A stretch of DNA of 64,000 nt, from assembly GCA_049320885.1 (NCBI GenBank), contig JBMORA010000022.1, positions 1 through 64,000 of the forward strand. The letters run 5' to 3'. The notes below the pieces were generated by a model. It was not told the DNA's origin, ran no database searches, and saw only the letters and a list, made by a program, of their open reading frames with translations. The stretch comes from Thermodesulfobacteriota bacterium. Lineage in GTDB: Bacteria; Desulfobacterota; Desulfobacteria; Desulfobacterales; SURF-7. Position numbers and translations under genes: made by a program. Of the stretch, positions 8,781 through 17,270 are shown piece after piece; position 1 is the first letter of the stretch, and every line of letters begins with the position of its first letter.

Positions 8781-8841
8781 ATTTATTAAGGTAAGGTGCG
8801 GACCGGTTCCGATAGGATTGTGGAATGAGTCCTGATGGGTG

Positions 8842-8887
8842 TTGTTGTAATTGACAACAAAAAATGGTGTTGTTATTATAACCAACA
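8842..8887 (+). promoter_or_regulatory. sigma70 promoter (leaderless) overlapped by TGTTG..CAACA inverted repeats
   Basis: TTGACA 8851-8856, 17 nt, TATTAT 8874-8879, ATG 8887; TTGTTGT-aattg-ACAACAA inverted repeat plus a second TGTTG/CAACA pair. Confidence 0.65.
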
Positions 8888-9183
8888 TGAAAGTCGTTGA
8901 ACTAATTCGCCAACGTATTGTTTATGATGGAAACAAGTTCGCGGAGCTCATACTATGGCATCTTGAAAAGCCATTGGCGGCATCCCGGCACCCCTTCAAG
9001 TACCGCTTGGCGTACGTTGTTAACGGAATATGCGTTTTGCGGTACGACAACGAGGGAGGGAAAGGGGATCATCGACATTGGGGTGATAACGAAGCCGGTT
9101 ACAAATTTACTACCCCGCAAAAATTGTTGGCGGATTTCCAACACGATATTGAGAGGTGGAACCATGAAAACTGTGATTCTTGA
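8887..9183 (+). CDS. DUF6516 family putative toxin
   Basis: HPFKYRLAYV...VLRYDNEGGKGDHRH motif. Confidence 0.75.
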   Translation: MKVVELIRQRIVYDGNKFAELILWHLEKPLAASRHPFKYRLAYVVNGICVLRYDNEGGKGDHRHWGDNEAGYKFTTPQKLLADFQHDIERWNHENCDS

Positions 9184-9511
9184 TGTTCGTCCTCCCAAAG
9201 AGGCCATGGGTGACTTCAACCAGGCCTGGGAATCGAAAAAGCAGCAGAAGTCGGCGCGCATCAGTTTTGCATCGCCCGAGTTGCTGTGGAAAGTTCTGAC
9301 TGCAAAACGGTGGGAACTGTTGAAGGCGCTTTGCGGCGTCGGCCCGGTTTCTATTCGGGAAGCCGCGCGACGTGTAAAACGAGATGTCAAAGGTGTCCAT
9401 GGAGACGTCACGGCCCTTCTCAATGCCGGGCTGCTTGATCGTACGGAAAGCGGTGCCATCGAGTTCCCGTATGCTGCCGTAAAAGTCGAGTTTTTGTTGC
9501 AGGCTGCTTAA
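9164..9511 (+). CDS. HVO_A0114-like winged-HTH DNA-binding protein, putative antitoxin
   Basis: ISFAS.E.LWKVLT.KRWELL...GPVSIREAARRV.RDVK.VHGDV..L; overlaps the upstream gene; RBS GAGG. Confidence 0.75.
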   Translation: MKTVILDVRPPKEAMGDFNQAWESKKQQKSARISFASPELLWKVLTAKRWELLKALCGVGPVSIREAARRVKRDVKGVHGDVTALLNAGLLDRTESGAIEFPYAAVKVEFLLQAA

Positions 9512-9568
9512 TGAGATTACTATCATAACAAATGCAAAATAAAGAAACAGCTTCTGAAATCAATAATA

Positions 9569-10018
9569 ATGAAAAGATTTATTATTCTCATAGGGATGAT
9601 GATGCTGTTGATACTTGGGATTACAATTGAACCGGAAGCCCAAAAAGCGATTTCCGACGAATGGCGTCAAGATAGATGGTGTGGACAAAAACTTACCGAC
9701 TCAGTGCGTGCTGAAATTCCCGGATGTGAGGATGCATTTTGTGTTAATATTTCGGACTGTTCAAAAATATGCGCTTGCTTACTTTCATCGGATACTGGTG
9801 ATTCTCGGATTACATATACAAGGAGAGGGGAAGTCGTTCTGCATTGGAATACTATCATATACCCTCCTGCTATCGCTTCGGCATTAAGAGTTGATTCCGC
9901 CGATCTGAATGGTGATGGAAAAGAAGAATTAGTGATAGCCACGATGAGTTCCGCCGCAGGAAAAAATTGTTTTTCCTTGCGCCCTTCGCAGCTTGGCGTG
10001 AGCTCATCGGTCTGCTGA
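9569..10018 (+). CDS. Hypothetical exported protein, probably 3'-truncated
   Basis: Signal-peptide-like N-terminus; DLNGDGKEEL (FG-GAP-like) motif; the last about 20 codons read through a hairpin/repeat element. Confidence 0.5.
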   Translation: MKRFIILIGMMMLLILGITIEPEAQKAISDEWRQDRWCGQKLTDSVRAEIPGCEDAFCVNISDCSKICACLLSSDTGDSRITYTRRGEVVLHWNTIIYPPAIASALRVDSADLNGDGKEELVIATMSSAAGKNCFSLRPSQLGVSSSVC

Positions 10019-10043
10019 CAAAAGGCACCGGTTCCTTGCGCAG

Positions 10044-10457
10044 TCAGGAATACCAATTTTCCATTACCACGTCACGAAAAGCGGCAAAATCCTGAATATT
10101 CCGGGTGACCAATACCAGCGCGTTGGTTATGGAAATGGCGGCTATTTGACCGTCGATGAAAGATGGCGTCAGGCCTTGGGCGGTCAATTTCGCGCGCTCA
10201 GCGGCATGCCATTCAGCCGCCTTGCCATCATAGGGGAGAATCGGCAGATTGGGTTTGATGACATCGTTCAGAAACCTTTCAATGAACGCTTTTTTTCTGG
10301 AAGCGGGCAGTCGTTCGCACCCGAATTTCAGTTCATGCCATACCGGGGCAGCGATAGCGATGTCATGTTGATGCGTTTCCAGCAATTGCAATACGCGCTT
10401 GTCCGGTGAGGTCTTAATGGATTCCGAAATCACGTTCGTATCCAGTAGATATTTCAT
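10044..10457 (-). CDS. vapC: VapC family PIN toxin
   Basis: MKYLLDTNVISE, EL.FG, DGQIAAI, LVTRN..DF. Confidence 0.9.
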   Translation of the reverse strand: MKYLLDTNVISESIKTSPDKRVLQLLETHQHDIAIAAPVWHELKFGCERLPASRKKAFIERFLNDVIKPNLPILPYDGKAAEWHAAERAKLTAQGLTPSFIDGQIAAISITNALVLVTRNIQDFAAFRDVVMENWYS

Positions 10458-10744
10458 TCCAGAAAGGACTCCTTTCTTCCCCGGGTGTGGTCACGAAGGT
10501 TTTCGAAATCGGAATCCGATATGTCAAGGGGTTCCGTTGCCATGGTTTTGCGGAACTCCGAAAGTGTTTTCCAGAACCCTGTTTTGCGATTCTGCAGGTT
10601 TTCATATACTTGTATGGAAAGCAACACCGCCACCGGTTTTCCATGGCGGGTCAATTTCACCGGCATACCGGTTTCAACGTTATGGATAATGGCCGGGAGC
10701 CTGTTTTTCGCCTCGGCGATGGAAAATTCCTCCTTGATCGGCAT
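10454..10744 (-). CDS. Phd/YefM family antitoxin
   Basis: SIAEAKNRL..II..VE.G.PV.LTRHGKPVAVLLS; ATGA overlap with vapC. Confidence 0.9.
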   Translation of the reverse strand: MPIKEEFSIAEAKNRLPAIIHNVETGMPVKLTRHGKPVAVLLSIQVYENLQNRKTGFWKTLSEFRKTMATEPLDISDSDFENLRDHTRGRKESFLE

Positions 10745-10776
10745 GGTGCCTCCTTTGTGTTATAGGGGATGAGAAT

Positions 10777-10805
10777 ATTATGGCCATTATTGTGGCCATA
10801 ATCAA
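10777..10805 (-). promoter_or_regulatory. phd-vapC promoter with a perfect 10-bp inverted-repeat operator
   Basis: TTGATT-17-CATAAT on the minus strand; ATTATGGCCA-N6-TGGCCATAAT at 10777-10802. Confidence 0.7.
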
Positions 10806-11011
10806 CAAAAAAGAGAGTCCTTCGCGGTCAGCAGAAAAGCGGCCATTCCATTACGTACCGTTTGGTGTATATGGTTAATGGAAAATATGTCTCAGATTTT
10901 CTGAACGGCTCTGTAAAAAAAAAGGGGTGTCAACGCGATGTTGGCCCCCTCGGCTGGTTCAGTGAAGCCATTCAAGAAATGATCGGAAGCGCGATCGGAA
11001 CCGGCAGGTTG

Positions 11012-11350
11012 CTAACAGGCCACGTATCCGAAGTACTTCGCGAACATGCCAAAATAGTCACCGGTCACGATTTCGTATGGTAACAATTGGATGATTTTCC
11101 CGGTCAACGTGTTGTTGTCCTTGTTTTCGCATATGTTTTTAACACCCTTCGTATCTTCTGTTCCTTTCTGCATGGTACGGTTTTCCCCGGTTGACAGCAC
11201 CGGATCGTCACCGATCGATTCCACATAAGCGTCTTCCGGCGTATCCGCGGGAAGCGATTTTTCAGCAAGCGCTGAGTGAAATGCAACAAGAACGGACATC
11301 ATCATCGATACGATGGTGAGAACGGCGTAATGTCGCGTTATGATTTTCAT
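11012..11350 (-). CDS. Hypothetical exported protein (possibly truncated)
   Basis: RBS GGAGG, signal-peptide-like N-terminus; no recognisable domain. Confidence 0.45.
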   Translation of the reverse strand: MKIITRHYAVLTIVSMMMSVLVAFHSALAEKSLPADTPEDAYVESIGDDPVLSTGENRTMQKGTEDTKGVKNICENKDNNTLTGKIIQLLPYEIVTGDYFGMFAKYFGYVAC

Positions 11351-11625
11351 GTGTTATACCTCCAGTCTCCTCAACATTTCCCTTTGATGGAATGGATCAT
11401 TGCCGGGATCGGGAAAAACGCGAGGCGCGCCAGTATTATAAATAGGGCGCTTCGACCCATTGACACTCGCCACGGAATTGGATCAATCCCGAATCGACAA
11501 CACGATAAGTATTCTTACGATAAGCCTGGTTGTCAAGCGATGCATCTTTATATTGATTGAGGGATGGTTATGGTTTACATTGCAGATGAACTTTAAAATC
11601 ATCATGAAATTTTAAATATGTACTT

Positions 11626-12873
11626 ATGTTCTGGCGATATCTTGAAAAAGAAATAACCAGCTGGGAGAAAAAGCCGTACGTGCAGATTCTTTTCGGTGCG
11701 CGGCAGACCGGCAAATCCACTTTGCTGAAAAAGGTGTTGTCCGGGCCGGCCATGTGGATCGACCTGTCGGACCCGGGGGAGCGCAGCCGCTATCTGGCGC
11801 GGCCCGGGGACTTTATCGCGGAATGCAAGGCGTTGCCCAAAACCGGCACGCCTAGTCTGATTGTCATTGATGAAGCCCAGGCTGTCCCGGCTTTGTTTGG
11901 TGCGGTGCAGACCCTGTATGATGCGGACAAAACACGATGGCGGTTTGTTCTTTGCGGCAGTTCCGCCCGGAAGCTCCGCCTGACCGGAGCCAACCTGTTG
12001 CCCGGCAGGGCCGTGTATCAGCATCTCTATCCCCTGACTGTTGTTGAACGGCCATTTGGTGAAACGGACGCCGGCATCATGCATTCAGTCGAATTTCCCA
12101 CGCTGGCATCTGCCGGCCGCCCGTCCAAAGGACTTTTTCCGGCGGTTGCTTTGGAGAAACGGCTGGCGTTCGGCGAATTGCCGGGGATTGCGGTGGCTGC
12201 TGAAACAGACCGGGCGGCGCTGCTGAAATCATATGCCCTGATTTATCTGGAAGAAGAAATCCGGCGGGAGGGCTTGGTGAGGGATTGGGGCGCGTTCGTG
12301 CGGTTCCTTACCCTTGCAGCTGCCGAATCCGGAGGGATCATCAATTTTTCGGCGTTGTCCCGCGAATCCGGGGTATCCATGCCCACCATAAAATCCTATT
12401 ATCAGCTTTTGGAAGACATGTTTATCGGTTTTAAAGTCCCTGCATTTTCCAAAAGCCCCCGGAAATACCTGCTTTCCACTCCGAAATTTTTCTTCTTCGA
12501 CTTGGGGGTGCGTCATGCGGCCGCAGGCGTAAATCCCGGATATGAAATTATTAAGTCCCAGGCAGGAACCCTGTTTGAGCAATGGGTCGGCCAGGAACTA
12601 TGGAAAAGGCTCGGCTATTTGCAACAAGGCCGGCTTTTTCATTTCAGAACAAGAGGCGGCGCTGAAATCGATTTCATCATGGAAATGGAAGGCAACTACA
12701 TTCCCATTGGGGTCAAATGGACGGAACGCCCCGCCGGAACCAACGCCCGCCATCTCATTACCTTTATACAGGATATGGGCGATAAAGCATCCATGGGGTA
12801 CATTATATGCAGGTGCGCCAGACCCATGCAGATTCATGAGAATGTCATGGCCGTGCCCTACTGGTGCATATGA
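11626..12873 (+). CDS. AAA_14 ATPase with DUF4143 domain
   Basis: GARQTGKST, IVIDEAQ, CGSS, GELP, PKFFFFDLGV, AEIDF...IPIGVK. Confidence 0.9.
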   Translation: MFWRYLEKEITSWEKKPYVQILFGARQTGKSTLLKKVLSGPAMWIDLSDPGERSRYLARPGDFIAECKALPKTGTPSLIVIDEAQAVPALFGAVQTLYDADKTRWRFVLCGSSARKLRLTGANLLPGRAVYQHLYPLTVVERPFGETDAGIMHSVEFPTLASAGRPSKGLFPAVALEKRLAFGELPGIAVAAETDRAALLKSYALIYLEEEIRREGLVRDWGAFVRFLTLAAAESGGIINFSALSRESGVSMPTIKSYYQLLEDMFIGFKVPAFSKSPRKYLLSTPKFFFFDLGVRHAAAGVNPGYEIIKSQAGTLFEQWVGQELWKRLGYLQQGRLFHFRTRGGAEIDFIMEMEGNYIPIGVKWTERPAGTNARHLITFIQDMGDKASMGYIICRCARPMQIHENVMAVPYWCI

Positions 12874-12897
12874 CAAGGCATTGCTGATAAAACCGTC

Positions 12898-13680
12898 ATG
12901 GCCGACTGTTCACAATTGTTTTTCTGGAATGGACTGGCATTGTTTATCGGGAGCCTGCGGGATAACCGCACCCACCGGCATCATGCCATCCAGCTCTGCA
13001 TCGCGTTGAACGAACCGTTTCGGCTGGTCCGGGAAACCGGTTCCGGGCACTACCGGGCGGCCATCATCGCCTCGGATGTGGCCCACCGGTTCCAGGGGGA
13101 CGGCGGCCGGCATATTCTCCTGCTGGTCGAACCGGAATCGACCGCGGGGCGCCACCTGACCCATGGGCTGTTGGAAACAACGGCCATTGTCGACCTGGAA
13201 TCCCTTTTTGATGCGCGCCAATTGGAGCGGATGGTCCCTCCGGCAGACAGCGGGCCGTCCCTCTGCCGCCTGGCGAGTCACCTCCGCGACTACATCCTGG
13301 ATACCCTGGGCTTTGAACAACGAGCGCCGGTCGCGATGGACCCCCGGATTCAAAAAGCAGTGATGCGGATGCGGGCCATGGAAACCAAGAAGATGCCGGC
13401 CAGGGAACTGGCGGCGGAACTGGCCATCTCGGAATCGCGCCTGATTCACCTCTTTACGGAACAGATCGGCATCCCCATCCGGCCCTATCTGCGCTGGCTG
13501 AGGCTGATCGAGGCCGTGAAAACCATCTTGACCGGAAGGTCCTTGACCGAGGCGGCCCATGCGGCCGGATTCGCCGATTCCGCCCACCTCAGCCGCACCT
13601 TCCGTCTGATGTTCGGTTTTTCGCCGTCCGATATTTTGAAAAATGACCGGTTTGTTCAAGCCGTTTCCTGCGCTTGCTGA
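12898..13680 (+). CDS. AraC family transcriptional regulator
   Basis: C-terminal double HTH: LAISESRLIHLF...SLTEAAHAAGFADSAHLSRTFR.MFG.SPS. Confidence 0.9.
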   Translation: MADCSQLFFWNGLALFIGSLRDNRTHRHHAIQLCIALNEPFRLVRETGSGHYRAAIIASDVAHRFQGDGGRHILLLVEPESTAGRHLTHGLLETTAIVDLESLFDARQLERMVPPADSGPSLCRLASHLRDYILDTLGFEQRAPVAMDPRIQKAVMRMRAMETKKMPARELAAELAISESRLIHLFTEQIGIPIRPYLRWLRLIEAVKTILTGRSLTEAAHAAGFADSAHLSRTFRLMFGFSPSDILKNDRFVQAVSCAC

Positions 13681-13711
13681 TAAAAAGGAGGAAACTTCAG
13701 CAGGAGGGCTT

Positions 13712-14443
13712 ATGAAAGTGACGACCTATTTGCAGGAAACCGGAATTCTGGATTTTCATCATCCCGTCTTCGAGCGGCTGGGCGACGACCGGGGCTGGCC
13801 GGGGCTGGATGATTTTCATAAAATCCAGGCGGTGCATGGTTTTGTTCAAAACGAGATCGCCTTCGGATACAACGAATCGGACGATATGCGCGCCTCGGCG
13901 ATCCTGAAGGATGGATATGGGCAATGCAACACCAAGACAACGCTTGCCATGGCCCTGTTCCGCAAGCTGGGCATTCCCTGCCGGTGCCATGGTTTCCTGG
14001 TGGACAAATCCGTCCAGCGCGGGGTGATCAACGGCGTTTTGTACCGGCTGGCCCCGCGGCGGATCATCCACAGCTGGACGGAAATCCATTTCCAGGACCG
14101 CTGGATCAATCTGGAGGGGTTCATCCTGGATAAAGGCTACCTGCAATGCCTGCAGCAGCGATTTCAAGGCATCCAAGGGCCGTTTTGCGGATACGGGGTG
14201 GCCGTCAACAACCTGCAAAACCCGCCCATAATCTGGCAGGGCGAGCATACCTATATTCAACATGAAAGCATTGTGGCGGATTTGGGCGTGTTTGATTCGC
14301 CGGATCTTTTCTATCGGCAGCACGGCGCCAATCTTGCGGGAATGCGCCGGCTGCTGTTCAAACAGGTTGTCCGGCACATGATGAATCGAAATGTCCGGCG
14401 GATTCGCGAATCCGGAAAGGAGACACCATGCATCAGAACCTGA
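13712..14443 (+). CDS. Transglutaminase-like protein
   Basis: GYGQCNTK...LFRKLGIPCR, HSWTE, WINLEG; RBS GGAGG before ATG 13712. Confidence 0.85.
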   Translation: MKVTTYLQETGILDFHHPVFERLGDDRGWPGLDDFHKIQAVHGFVQNEIAFGYNESDDMRASAILKDGYGQCNTKTTLAMALFRKLGIPCRCHGFLVDKSVQRGVINGVLYRLAPRRIIHSWTEIHFQDRWINLEGFILDKGYLQCLQQRFQGIQGPFCGYGVAVNNLQNPPIIWQGEHTYIQHESIVADLGVFDSPDLFYRQHGANLAGMRRLLFKQVVRHMMNRNVRRIRESGKETPCIRT

Positions 14444-15252
14444 CGGAACAAATTCAGACCCTTTTGGGTCAGCGGCAGATCCCGGTCATGGGCGCGGCGC
14501 CGGCGGAGGCCTTGAATCGGAAAGCGCCGGCGGGCTTCCGGCCGGCGGATTTTCTGGCGGATGCGGCCAGCGTGCTGATACTGGCAAAGCCCCTGCCCGT
14601 TTCCGTTTTCACGACCCCGCCGGCGACCCGCAACCGGTTTTATATCACGGCATTCAGCGCCTACTATCGCGCCCTGGATGATGCGGCCCTGCAGATCTGC
14701 CTGCTGCTGGAAGAAGCCGGGTATCCTTCCCTGCCGATCCCTTCCTACAGCCCCATACGCTTTCACGAAGGCGAGCCCAAAGGCCTGATGAGCCTGAAAC
14801 ATGCGGCGGCGGAAGCCGGCCTGGGAAAACTCGGCAAGAACACCCTGCTGATTCATCCCCAGTATGGCAATGTATTGCGCCTGGGAGGACTCGTCACCAC
14901 CCTGGAATGGGCGGCGGCCGACAGGGCGGATCTTTCAGGAATCTGTCCGGAGGGCTGCCGGCAATGCGTGAAAAGCTGCCCGGTGGGAGCCCTGGATTCC
15001 GGCAGCATCGACAAGTTGAGGTGCATGGCCCATTGCCTGGAGCATGTCCTCATGCCGCCCAAGCTTCTCCTGCGGCCCCTGAAATGGGTGATAGCGAAAA
15101 GTTCCGGGCTGACCCGCTTCATGGAAGTATTGACCCTGAATTTCTTTGCCCATTACGGCATCGAATGCACGGCTTGTCTCAAGGCATGTCCGCATTTTCC
15201 GGCCACGCGAAGCTCCGCCGGACCGGTGTCGCTGGGGGAGCCGGCAGTGTAA
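14428..15252 (+). CDS. QueG/reductive-dehalogenase-like 4Fe-4S protein
   Basis: SLKHAAAEAGLGKLGKNTLLIHPQYG..LRLG, CxxxCxxCxxxCP and CxxCxxxCP motifs. Confidence 0.8.
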   Translation: MHQNLTEQIQTLLGQRQIPVMGAAPAEALNRKAPAGFRPADFLADAASVLILAKPLPVSVFTTPPATRNRFYITAFSAYYRALDDAALQICLLLEEAGYPSLPIPSYSPIRFHEGEPKGLMSLKHAAAEAGLGKLGKNTLLIHPQYGNVLRLGGLVTTLEWAAADRADLSGICPEGCRQCVKSCPVGALDSGSIDKLRCMAHCLEHVLMPPKLLLRPLKWVIAKSSGLTRFMEVLTLNFFAHYGIECTACLKACPHFPATRSSAGPVSLGEPAV

Positions 15253-15340
15253 GACGGGAGCGGGATAATCTCTGGCGCCAGTTCATCGCCATTGACACAT
15301 TCCTATCCGCCGTTTTATGAAAACATCATACATGGTGTGA

Positions 15341-15586
15341 GAGGTAATTCACGGATTTTCAAAACAACAACTGCAAGGATTTTTACGTGAAACCCAACGC
15401 CTTCTCAAATGAAACGGGGTTTTGGCAATTGTCGAAATCGAAAAGAAAGAAACTTCATTCGGGCCTCCTTTGGATTTGAGGTATTCCCCGGAAGAATTGA
15501 GAGACATAATCCCCATGGCCCCTCTGGGCGCCATCCAGGTGGGCGAGCATTTCTATATGCAACTGTTTCGAAATGCGGACAAATAA
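15341..15586 (+). pseudogene. 3' fragment of a class I SAM-dependent methyltransferase with an internal stop
   Basis: VIHGFSKQQLQGFLRETQRLLK*NGVLAIVEIEKKETSFGPP...HFYMQLF; TGA 15410-15412 falls in the RLLKPxG motif; no start codon or motif I. Confidence 0.65.
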
Positions 15587-15759
15587 GAGGAGAGTCGGCC
15601 GGTGCGCTGTAATTTTGACTGGGGTTTTGGAAGAAACGATGAGGCATGAGGCCGCTAGTTTCGGCAGCAAATCAAAAAAAAGGTAGGCCGGATATAATTG
15701 CGACAATGTGTCAAAAGTGTAGACCTGACCCCAAATAAAAGCGTGAGCCAAGGAGGAAG

Positions 15760-16503
15760 ATGACGACGCTGGTGGCAGGCGCAAGCGGCGCGACCGGACG
15801 GCTGCTGGTGGAAGAGCTGCTTAACCGTGGACAAGATGTCAGGGCGATTGTGCGCTCGCCGGATAAACTGAGCGCGACGCACAGGAATCATGGTCGATTG
15901 TTGTTGATCGAAGCAGGCGTTCTGGAAATCGGCGATGCGGAAATGGCCCGGCATGTCGATGGTTGCGACGCCGTGGCCTCGTGCCTGGGGCATAACCTGA
16001 ACGGGAAGGGCATTTACGGCCAGCCGCGCAGGCTGGTGACCGATGCCGTCCGGCGCTTGTGCCATGCCATCAAGGCCAACAAGCCGGAAAAGCCGGTCAG
16101 GTTCGTCCTCATGAATACGGCGGGCAACAGCAACCGCGACCTCAACGAAACCCCCTCACGGATGGAACGGTGCGCCATGGGGCTGATTCGTCTGCTGCTT
16201 CCGCCCCATGCGGACAATGAACAGGCCGCGGATTATCTGCGGATCGAAATCGGCCGAAACGATGCGGAGATCCAGTGGGCCGTTGTCCGTCCCGATACCT
16301 TGATCGATGAGAACAGGGTCATCGAGTATGAGGTGTATCCCTCGCCCACCAGAAGTGCGCTCTTCAATCCCGGCAGGACCAGCCGAATCAATGTCGGTCG
16401 CTTCATGGCCGATCTGATTACCGACGATGCCGCCTGGAAGCAATGGCAGGGGCGGATGCCCGTGATATACAACAGAGAAATCCGAATTCAAGGAAAGGGG
16501 TAA
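15760..16503 (+). CDS. NAD(P)-binding oxidoreductase (atypical SDR)
   Basis: LVAGASGATG Rossmann motif, WAVVRP; RBS GGAGG. Confidence 0.85.
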   Translation: MTTLVAGASGATGRLLVEELLNRGQDVRAIVRSPDKLSATHRNHGRLLLIEAGVLEIGDAEMARHVDGCDAVASCLGHNLNGKGIYGQPRRLVTDAVRRLCHAIKANKPEKPVRFVLMNTAGNSNRDLNETPSRMERCAMGLIRLLLPPHADNEQAADYLRIEIGRNDAEIQWAVVRPDTLIDENRVIEYEVYPSPTRSALFNPGRTSRINVGRFMADLITDDAAWKQWQGRMPVIYNREIRIQGKG

Positions 16504-16506
16504 CCG

Positions 16507-16872
16507 ATGAAGCCGATCACCATGATCTATATCCTCAACGCGACTCTCCTGCTTCTTCATGAGATCGAATCGGCATATGAAAAGGAATGGGAAATCCTGA
16601 AGCTGCCGGGCAACATCACCGGCTTTCTTCTCCTCCATATTCCGATTGTTCTGATTCTTTTTTACGGCCTGCTGGAGATCGAGGCGCTTTCCGCCATCGG
16701 ATTATGGCTGGGCATCTTGCTGGGGATCGGCGGGATCATCCCCCTGATCGTGCACAAACTAGTTGTCAAACGGCCCGGCCGGTTCGACCTGGCCATATCG
16801 AATGCCATCATCTATCTCAATAGCATCTGCGGGATTGCGTTGATCGTTTATTCCGTCCGCTATTTCCGTTGA
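16507..16872 (+). CDS. Small membrane protein (HExE motif, DUF6713-like)
   Basis: Four hydrophobic segments; LLHEIESAY.KEW.ILKLPG. Confidence 0.7.
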   Translation: MKPITMIYILNATLLLLHEIESAYEKEWEILKLPGNITGFLLLHIPIVLILFYGLLEIEALSAIGLWLGILLGIGGIIPLIVHKLVVKRPGRFDLAISNAIIYLNSICGIALIVYSVRYFR

Positions 16873-16942
16873 TGGCGTCTGTGAAAAGGTCGAGGCGTTT
16901 TAGCGCCAAGTCGTCTTTATTTGACTGTTTATTCTGAAAGAT

Positions 16943-16970
16943 TGTAACCTTTTTAATCGGGCTATCGTCT
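16943..16970 (+). promoter_or_regulatory. ECF sigma-type promoter
   Basis: TGTAACC-N16-CGTCT, 33 nt upstream of the operon encoding the ECF sigma factor. Confidence 0.65.
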
Positions 16971-17003
16971 TACGGGTAAACAATCAAAAAAGGAGAAAAC
17001 ACC

Positions 17004-17270
17004 ATGTCAAACAAGCAAGATATTCAAATCGCTTTAAGCGCTGCCGTTGCAGTCAACTGTATTCCGTGTTTTGAACATATATTTGAAAAAGCCAAAGAAG
17101 TAGGACTTGAAACCGAAGAAATCCAGCATGTCGTTACAATTGCCACCAAGGTCAAAAATGGTGCGCATGTATTTTTAAAAAACAATATTGATGATATGTT
17201 AGGTGTTGAAACAAATGATATCCAGGAAAGCTGTTGCGGTTCTTCAGCCAGAGAGGCGTGTAGTTGCTAA
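17004..17270 (+). CDS. Carboxymuconolactone decarboxylase/AhpD-like small protein with a Cys-rich tail
   Basis: IALSAAVAVNCIPC.EH...A.EVGL..EEI; C-terminal SCCG...CSC; RBS AAGGAG. Confidence 0.75.
   Translation: MSNKQDIQIALSAAVAVNCIPCFEHIFEKAKEVGLETEEIQHVVTIATKVKNGAHVFLKNNIDDMLGVETNDIQESCCGSSAREACSC

Noticed and set aside
8802..11004. ACCGGTTCC / GGAACCGG words at three module junctions (8802, 10027, 10997)
   Set aside because: The word is short and also common inside GC-rich coding sequence in this window, so it is not distinguishable from chance.
14428..15252. Calling this gene queG or a reductive dehalogenase
   Set aside because: It shares only the generic fold motifs; it has no TAT signal or anchor gene, and the context does not support either specific function.
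15410..15412. In-frame TGA in the methyltransferase fragment as selenocysteine
   Set aside because: It falls where Pro is expected (RLLKPxG) and the gene lacks its 5' half, so it is a pseudogene.
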